Positions 45,572 through 53,034 of a stretch of 53,034 nt of DNA are shown one piece after another. The first letter of the stretch is position 1; every line of letters begins with the position of its first letter. The position numbers were made by a program, and so were the translations under genes. Origin of the DNA: Candidatus Moranbacteria bacterium GW2011_GWA2_39_41. GTDB taxonomy: Bacteria; Patescibacteriota; Minisyncoccia; Moranbacterales; UBA2206. The stretch is from the NCBI GenBank assembly GCA_000995125.1, contig LBXA01000002.1, forward strand, positions 1 to 53,034, given 5' to 3'. The notes under the pieces were generated by a model. That model ran no database searches. It was not told where the DNA came from and saw nothing but the letters and a program-made list of their open reading frames with translations.

Positions 45572-46141
45572 ATGAAAGATAATTTAAAATATACTGAGAA
45601 AATAAAGAGGAATATTCTTAATAATACTCTTGATTCAGCAGCGCTGGCGTTTAGTTTTTTGATGGATTTTGGAGAAATGACGGTCGAGGCATTTTTAAGG
45701 CCATCCATGTATGCTGATTTGCCCACAAAAAACCTTCGATTTTCTTTGCAGGATAAAAAGCCAAAGGAAGTTACAATTCGACAAACTTTGAGCCGGATGG
45801 AGAAGCATGGGTTTATTAAAAAAGAAAATGGTAAATATAGCTTAACTTTGGTGGGGGATAATATCGCCAAACATATCTTAAAAAGAAAAAAATTGTTTGC
45901 GAAAAAGTGGGATAAAAAATACAGAGTCGTGGTTTTTGATATTCCGGAAAAGAAAAAACAATTTCGAAACTGGCTACGAAATGAATTATATATATTGAAA
46001 TATAGAAAACTGCAGGAAAGTGTTTTCGTTGGAAAATTTCCTTTACCGGAAGATTTTATAAAAGAAATTAATCATAAAAAATTGAGTAAAAATATTGATT
46101 ATTTGTTGGTTGATAAAATTTATAGTAAATTAGATAAATAA
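45572..46141 (+). CDS. PaaX-like regulator: winged-helix domain plus Cas2-fold-like domain
   Basis: TIRQTLSRMEKHGFIKKENGKYSLT resembles a wHTH. WDKKYRVVVFDIPEKKKQFRNWLRNELYILKYRKLQESVFVG resembles the PaaX/Cas2 ferredoxin-fold core. I chose the ATG at 45572 because ATG 45557 lies inside the -10 box. Confidence 0.6.
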   Translation: MKDNLKYTEKIKRNILNNTLDSAALAFSFLMDFGEMTVEAFLRPSMYADLPTKNLRFSLQDKKPKEVTIRQTLSRMEKHGFIKKENGKYSLTLVGDNIAKHILKRKKLFAKKWDKKYRVVVFDIPEKKKQFRNWLRNELYILKYRKLQESVFVGKFPLPEDFIKEINHKKLSKNIDYLLVDKIYSKLDK

Positions 46142-46145
46142 TTTT

Positions 46146-46184
46146 ATTATACAGTTCACTGCGGTCGCAGTATAATGTATGATG
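46146..46184 (+). promoter_or_regulatory. promoter-operator 39-mer, copy 2, upstream of the U32 gene
   Basis: ATTATACAGTTCACTGCGGTCGCAGTATAATGTATGATG. Confidence 0.65.
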
Positions 46185-46208
46185 AAAAAAGTTAAAGTAT
46201 TTTGAGAT

Positions 46209-47546
46209 ATGAGGAATAAAAGTAAAAAAATTGAGCTTTTGGCGCCGGCGGGGAATTTGGAAAAATTGAAGTATGCCATTGCTTATGGCGCGGACGCGGT
46301 TTATGCCGGAGTGCCGGATTTTTCATTGCGGGTGCGAATCAACAATTTTACACAGGAAACTTTGCAAGAAGCAGTGGAGTATACACATAAGCATAAAAAG
46401 AAAATTTTTGTGACTTTGAATATTTATGCGCATAATGTGCATTTAGACGAAATCAAGAAACACTTGAAGTTTTTGAAAACTTTGGATATTGATGGCGTGA
46501 TTGTAGCTGATCCGGGAATTATAATGCTCGTGAAAAAATATTTGCCGAAAGTTGAAATTCATTTGTCCACCCAAGCTAATGCCACAAACATTGAGGCGGT
46601 CAAATTTTGGGCTAAAGTTGGCGTGAAAAGAATTGTGTTGGCTCGAGAAGTGTCACTTTCTGAAATTCGTGAAATCAAAAAAGCCGTGCCGAAAATGGAA
46701 TTGGAATATTTTATTCATGGCGCGATGTGCATGAGCTATTCTGGTCGTTGTATTTTGAGTAAGTGGATGAGCAATCGCAGTGCTAATCTGGGTGATTGTA
46801 CACAACCATGTCGCTGGCTGTATGGCCAGAAATCCGAAATCTTAATTTCTAAATCCAAAATAAATCCAAAATTACAAATCCAAAATTTAAAAAATTGTGA
46901 AGGAGCTGATGATTGTGAGGTGTTGACTACTAGTGTTATGGATAATCAAAATAAATTTGAGGTTGATTTGGAAGAAGATCGGCATGGCACCTATTTTTTC
47001 AATAGTCGCGATATGAACTTGTCCGCCCACATCCAAGACCTAATTGATGCTGGCGTTGATTCATTGAAGATCGAAGGGCGAGCCAAGAGCGTCTATTATG
47101 TGGCAGTTGTTGTTAGGTCATATAGAAAAATTATTGATGCTAGCAATAAGAAAAATTTCAAACAAGTTGTTCGCGAGCAACAGAAGGAATTGAATATGTT
47201 GTCTAACCGTGGATATTCTAAGGGGTTTTTGTTGGGTTCGGAACCGGAACATAATTTTGCAGGCGCATTGAGTGAGACGCCATATAAATTCGCAGCGCAG
47301 GTTGAAGGCAAGAAAAAAATTGCTGGAAAAGTTTTAAATATTATTTTTATGCATAATGAAATATTTTTGCAAGATAATTTGGAAGCGATTAGTCCCAAGG
47401 GTAATGAAAAAATTAAAATTAAGAAAATTCTGAATCCCAAATTGGAAGAAGTACTAGAAGCCCATGGCGGTCATGAGAAGAGATTTTCAATGCAATTTAA
47501 TAAGATTTTAGCAGAAAAAACTTTGCTACGACGAAAATTGACTTGA
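46209..47546 (+). CDS. peptidase U32 family protein (RlhA/TrhP-type RNA hydroxylase family)
   Basis: ELLAPAGNLEKLKYAIAYGADAVY, a TIM-barrel-like core, and the Cys cluster GAMCMSYSGRCILS...CTQPCRW. It carries a low-complexity insert. Confidence 0.85.
   Translation: MRNKSKKIELLAPAGNLEKLKYAIAYGADAVYAGVPDFSLRVRINNFTQETLQEAVEYTHKHKKKIFVTLNIYAHNVHLDEIKKHLKFLKTLDIDGVIVADPGIIMLVKKYLPKVEIHLSTQANATNIEAVKFWAKVGVKRIVLAREVSLSEIREIKKAVPKMELEYFIHGAMCMSYSGRCILSKWMSNRSANLGDCTQPCRWLYGQKSEILISKSKINPKLQIQNLKNCEGADDCEVLTTSVMDNQNKFEVDLEEDRHGTYFFNSRDMNLSAHIQDLIDAGVDSLKIEGRAKSVYYVAVVVRSYRKIIDASNKKNFKQVVREQQKELNMLSNRGYSKGFLLGSEPEHNFAGALSETPYKFAAQVEGKKKIAGKVLNIIFMHNEIFLQDNLEAISPKGNEKIKIKKILNPKLEEVLEAHGGHEKRFSMQFNKILAEKTLLRRKLT
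46840..46906 (+). repeat. AAATCCAAAAT 11-mer array in frame within the U32 gene
   Basis: Perfect copies lie at 46861-46871, 46872-46882 and 46886-46896. A one-mismatch copy lies at 46840-46850. The array encodes ISKSKINPKLQIQNLK. Confidence 0.85.
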
Positions 47547-47634
47547 TTTGTTCTGGTTATCTGGGCAATAAAGCTCGCTTATGAATGATGATGAATTTTG
47601 ATTGGGTGGAAAATCAAAATTTTTACATAGAAAT

Positions 47635-47659
47635 TGGAGCTATAACACTCCATTTTTTT
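47635..47659 (+). terminator. weak intrinsic terminator after the U32 gene
   Basis: TGGAG-N8-CTCCA is followed by TTTTTTT. Confidence 0.4.
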
Positions 47660-47668
47660 GTTTTGTAG

Positions 47669-49957
<2,289 letters not shown>

Positions 49958-49981
49958 TGCCGATACGAATCGGATAAATAT

Positions 49982-50263
49982 ATGATCACAAAAGAAGAAG
50001 TTCAACACATTGCTGGCTTAGCCCGCATTGGTGTGGACGAAAAAGATTTAGATAAATTTGCCACTGACTTGTCAGCTGTTTTGGATTGGATTTCCGAATT
50101 GAAAGAGGTGGATGTTGCGGGTGTGGAGCCGACAGCGCACATTACGGGTATGGAGAATCGAATGCGAGAAGATGTTCAAAATGATTTTGAAAATAAAGCT
50201 GAAATAATAAATTTATTTCCAGATAGAAAAGATAATTTTGGGAAGGTCAAGTCAGTTCTGTAA
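49982..50263 (+). CDS. gatC: Asp/Glu-tRNA amidotransferase subunit C
   Basis: ITKEEVQHIAGLARIGVDEKD...VEPTAHI. Confidence 0.92.
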   Translation: MITKEEVQHIAGLARIGVDEKDLDKFATDLSAVLDWISELKEVDVAGVEPTAHITGMENRMREDVQNDFENKAEIINLFPDRKDNFGKVKSVL

Positions 50264-50264
50264 C

Positions 50265-50343
50265 TGTCATTCCAGTGAAAACGGGAATCCAGTCGCACAT
50301 CATTAAGTTTCTACACTAGATTCCCGTTTTCACTGGAATGACA
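50265..50343. repeat. perfect 25-bp inverted repeat filling the gatC-gatA spacer
   Basis: TGTCATTCCAGTGAAAACGGGAATC (50265-50289) pairs with GATTCCCGTTTTCACTGGAATGACA (50319-50343), leaving a 29-nt loop. Each arm is also partly self-complementary (ATTCC...GGAAT). Confidence 0.95.
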
Positions 50344-50348
50344 AAAAT

Positions 50349-51809
50349 ATGATTCGAGAATTACATGAAAAATTAATAAACCACGAAATAACCGCTGTGC
50401 AATTGACGGAAGAGTATTTTGCGCGCATTGAAAAGCAAGACAAAGATATCTTTGCTTATTTAACTTTGACCAAAGATTTGGCGATGGAGCAGGCGAGAAA
50501 AGTGGATGCGAAAATTGCGCGTGGAGAGGAAATCGGAATGTTGGAGGGAATTCCGGGAGCTATCAAGGATAATTTGTGTGTGGCTGGTGTGCGAGCAACA
50601 GCTTGTTCAAAGATTTTGGATAACTATATTGCGCCTTATGATGCCACAGTGGTTGAAAGACTGAAAGAAGCTGGCGCAGTATTTTTGGGAAAGGTGAATA
50701 TGGATGAATTTGCGATGGGCTCTTCAACGGAAAAAAGTGCCTATGGACCAACCAAAAATCCAGTGGATTTGGAGCGTGTGCCTGGTGGCTCTTCTGGCGG
50801 TTCAGCGGCTGCCGTGGCCTCAGGCGAAGCTGTCTGGGCATTGGGAACTGACACTGGAGGCTCAATTCGTCAACCAGCTTCGTTTTGTGGCGTAGTGGGG
50901 TTCAAGCCCACTTATGGGCGAGTTTCTCGTTATGGGGCTATTGCGATGGCTTCAAGTTTAGATCAGATTGGGCCAATCACAAAAACAGTGGAAGATGCGG
51001 CCATTGTTTTGAGCGTGATTGCTGGTGAAGATAAAATGGACGCCACTAGCGCGCAAAGTCCGGCGAAAGACTATACTCGATATCTGACTGGTGAAGTGGC
51101 GGGGCTGAAGATTGGTGTTGTGAAAGGATATGTAGAAAAATTGAATCCAGATGTGAAGGCATCTTTTGAAAAAGTAGTAGCGCAGTATAAGGAAATGGGC
51201 GCGGAAATCAAAGAAATTGAATTGCCAAATGTAAAATATTCTTTGCCAGTGTATTATATTATTATGCCGTGCGAAGTGAGTTCAAATCTAGCGCGCTTTG
51301 ATGGTGTGAAATATGGCATGCGGGCGGAAGACCATAAAGATTCAATACTTGATTTTGTGCCAGAGAATCGAAATTTAATTGAGACGTATTTGGATTCACG
51401 TCGTTATGGAATTGGCGCTGAACCGAAAAGACGAATTATGTTGGGAACCTATGCTTTGTCTTCTGGCTATTATGACGCCTATTATTTGCGCGCGCAAAAA
51501 GTGCGAACATTGATTAAACAAGATTTTGAAAAAGCATATGAGGCAGTGGATTTGATTTTGACCCCAACCACGCCGAGTCCGGCTTTTAAGTTTGATGAAA
51601 AAACGAATGATCCAATTCAAATGTATCTGGAAGATATTTTCACAATCACGGCCAACATTGTAGGTGTGCCAGCTATCTCCGTGCCAGGACCAGCCATTGA
51701 GGTTGATGACAAACAATTGCCACAAGGCTTTCAGTTGATGGGCAAGTGGTTTGATGAGGAAAATTTGCTGCGCGCAGCGCACGCATATGAGGTTCACCCC
51801 GTCAAATAG
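50349..51809 (+). CDS. gatA: Asp/Glu-tRNA amidotransferase subunit A
   Basis: Amidase signature GGSSGGSAAAVA...GTDTGGSIRQPA. Confidence 0.95.
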   Translation: MIRELHEKLINHEITAVQLTEEYFARIEKQDKDIFAYLTLTKDLAMEQARKVDAKIARGEEIGMLEGIPGAIKDNLCVAGVRATACSKILDNYIAPYDATVVERLKEAGAVFLGKVNMDEFAMGSSTEKSAYGPTKNPVDLERVPGGSSGGSAAAVASGEAVWALGTDTGGSIRQPASFCGVVGFKPTYGRVSRYGAIAMASSLDQIGPITKTVEDAAIVLSVIAGEDKMDATSAQSPAKDYTRYLTGEVAGLKIGVVKGYVEKLNPDVKASFEKVVAQYKEMGAEIKEIELPNVKYSLPVYYIIMPCEVSSNLARFDGVKYGMRAEDHKDSILDFVPENRNLIETYLDSRRYGIGAEPKRRIMLGTYALSSGYYDAYYLRAQKVRTLIKQDFEKAYEAVDLILTPTTPSPAFKFDEKTNDPIQMYLEDIFTITANIVGVPAISVPGPAIEVDDKQLPQGFQLMGKWFDEENLLRAAHAYEVHPVK

Positions 51810-51922
51810 AGATAATTTGTTTGGTCTGATTATAAAGAGATAATAGAGTTAAAAACTGGCGAAGCTTGTATAAGAATTTATTTGACAGGGTAAATAAAAA
51901 ATAAAATCAAAATATAAATCGA

Positions 51923-52456
51923 ATGGACTTGGAACTATTAGCCTCAACTATTTATGTGGATGCAATCAAATTTTATCACTCTGGTGTTTTTTCGGTAATA
52001 AAATTTTTGGCGGGTGTTTATGCTATTGTGCTTTTTGTGGATATTGTTTTGCTCTTGATACATCGGGGCTTGGGTGGGAATTTGACGGAAACAATGACTG
52101 GAATGAATATTCCGCGCGAGTTGACGACTAATAAAAAGAAAACTAGAAAAACTTGGCAGAAGATTAGACAAAAATTGGAGACCAGTAATGAAAATGATTA
52201 CAAAGTTGCGATTATCGAAGCAGATGCTTTTATTGAAGACATAATAACTAGGTTGGGATATGATGGTGACAACTTTGCGGAGCGACTGAGGGGAATTCCA
52301 GATGGCCAAATTGAAAATATTGAGGGTATAAAAGAGGCACATGAGTTGCGCAATCGGATTATTCATGATGATAAGTTTGAGCTGAGCAAAGAAGAGGCTG
52401 AACATGCCGTCGGTCATTTTGAGGAGTTTTTGAATAGCTATCAGATATTTGATTGA
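51923..52456 (+). CDS. membrane-anchored protein with a C-terminal HEPN-like (RNxxxH) helical domain
   Basis: TM helix FLAGVYAIVLFVDIVLLLI is followed by basic KKKTRKTWQKIRQK. AHELRNRIIHD (52349-52366 encodes RNRIIH) fits the Rx4H HEPN signature. Confidence 0.5.
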   Translation: MDLELLASTIYVDAIKFYHSGVFSVIKFLAGVYAIVLFVDIVLLLIHRGLGGNLTETMTGMNIPRELTTNKKKTRKTWQKIRQKLETSNENDYKVAIIEADAFIEDIITRLGYDGDNFAERLRGIPDGQIENIEGIKEAHELRNRIIHDDKFELSKEEAEHAVGHFEEFLNSYQIFD

Positions 52457-52499
52457 CATTTTCGATTTGTTTGATTATAATAACAAATAGTTTTTAAAT

Positions 52500-52571
52500 A
52501 GCGGGGTGGAGCAATGGCAGCTCGCGTGGCTCATAACCATGAGGTTGTAGGTTCGAATCCTACCCCCGCAA
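52500..52571 (+). tRNA. tRNA-Met (CAT), initiator-like
   Basis: Cloverleaf closely parallel to bacterial tRNA-fMet (GCGGGGTGGAGC...CTCATAACC...CCCCGCAA). The 1:72 pair is mismatched (A/A). CCA is not encoded. Confidence 0.85.
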
Positions 52572-52593
52572 CATAAATTGAGATAAAAAGCAT

Positions 52594-52667
52594 GGCAGGG
52601 TAGCTCAGTTGGTTAGAGCACAACATTCATAACGTTGAGGTCATGAGTTCGAGTCTCATCTCTGCTA
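52594..52667 (+). tRNA. tRNA-Met (CAT), elongator-type (tRNA-Ile2/lysidine not excluded)
   Basis: GGCAGGG-TA-GCTCAGTTGGTTAGAGC...TTCATAA...GAGTTCGAGTCTC...CTCTGCT-A folds as a cloverleaf with two G-U pairs in the acceptor stem. Confidence 0.8.
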
Positions 52668-52676
52668 CAAGAAGCG

Positions 52677-52796
52677 AATTTTCAATTTTCAATTCACAAT
52701 TTTCAAACAATTTTCAAGGATTAAATTTTCAATAAGTTTGGAAATTTGGACATTATGAATTGTTTAGAAATTAGAAATTGGTAATTAAAAATTACC
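52677..52796. repeat. AATTTTC heptamer array and partially complementary TAGAAAT array in the tRNA spacer
   Basis: Five AATTTTC copies and one variant lie at 52677-52730. TAGAAAT x2 lies at 52765-52778. A GGTAATT-AAA-AATTACC hairpin lies at 52780-52796. Confidence 0.75.
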
Positions 52797-52800
52797 GTTT

Positions 52801-52874
52801 GGGGCTGTAGCTCAGTTGGTTAGAGCGACTGCCTGTCACGCAGTAGGTCACCGGTTCGAGTCCGGCCAGCCCCG
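52801..52874 (+). tRNA. tRNA-Asp (GTC)
   Basis: GGGGCTG acceptor stem, anticodon loop CTGTCAC, TTCGAGT T-loop, and CAGCCCC-G at the 3' end. Confidence 0.9.
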
Positions 52875-52893
52875 CTTTGAACAAAAGCCATAA

Positions 52894-52922
52894 AAACAGT
52901 CCGTCACGGCGGACTGTTTTTG
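52894..52922 (+). terminator. intrinsic terminator after the tRNA cluster
   Basis: AAAAACAGTCCG-TCACGG-CGGACTGTTTTT. Confidence 0.8.
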
Positions 52923-53034
52923 CTTTATACAAGCCTCGTGATACCTCATTTAAAAATCTAATGATGAGCCCTTTCGATTTTTCAAATAAAAAACCTAGGA
53001 TTCTAACAATTAATCTATCAAATATTAAAAAATT

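Overview
This is a low-GC chromosomal segment with compact, mostly co-directional genes. Start codons sit behind A/T-rich tracts with no GGAGG-like Shine-Dalgarno sequence. TGA is used as a stop, so the code is the standard one. The gene content looks like a reduced-genome, CPR/Patescibacteria-like bacterium; that placement is inference only. Contents from 5' to 3': (1) a type IV pilus locus (major pilin, PilB, PilC, four pseudopilins, a PilM/N-like gene) with an embedded PstS-like protein, a PAS histidine kinase and receiver-only regulators; (2) RNase J, a PAP2 phosphatase, a DsbA-like protein and uvrB; (3) secG, a family-5 solute-binding protein, cupin-type PGI and manC; (4) two tandem GH73-like wall-hydrolase paralogs; (5) a rhodanese, a GH1 enzyme, a four-helix-bundle gene overlapping a DUF45/M48 gene, and a further glycosidase; (6) infC-rpmI-rplT, then tmRNA directly abutting smpB; (7) argS, ileS, recO, tgt, a U32 gene, ligA and gatCA; (8) three tRNAs. 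The most unusual signal is in the DNA rather than in any protein. Many intergenic spacers carry a locus-specific 7-8 nt word repeated in tandem, followed by arrays of its approximate reverse complement, which predicts long imperfect hairpins. Related A-rich heptamer arrays and GC-rich palindromes sit in frame inside essential genes (uvrB, argS, tgt, the U32 gene, and at least three sites plus a possible fourth in ligA). Other leads are a 20-bp palindrome bracketing one hydrolase paralog, a duplicated promoter-operator 39-mer around a wHTH/Cas2-fold regulator, a perfect 25-bp inverted repeat between gatC and gatA, and a membrane-anchored protein with an RNxxxH (HEPN-like) motif. I cannot establish novelty without database searches.
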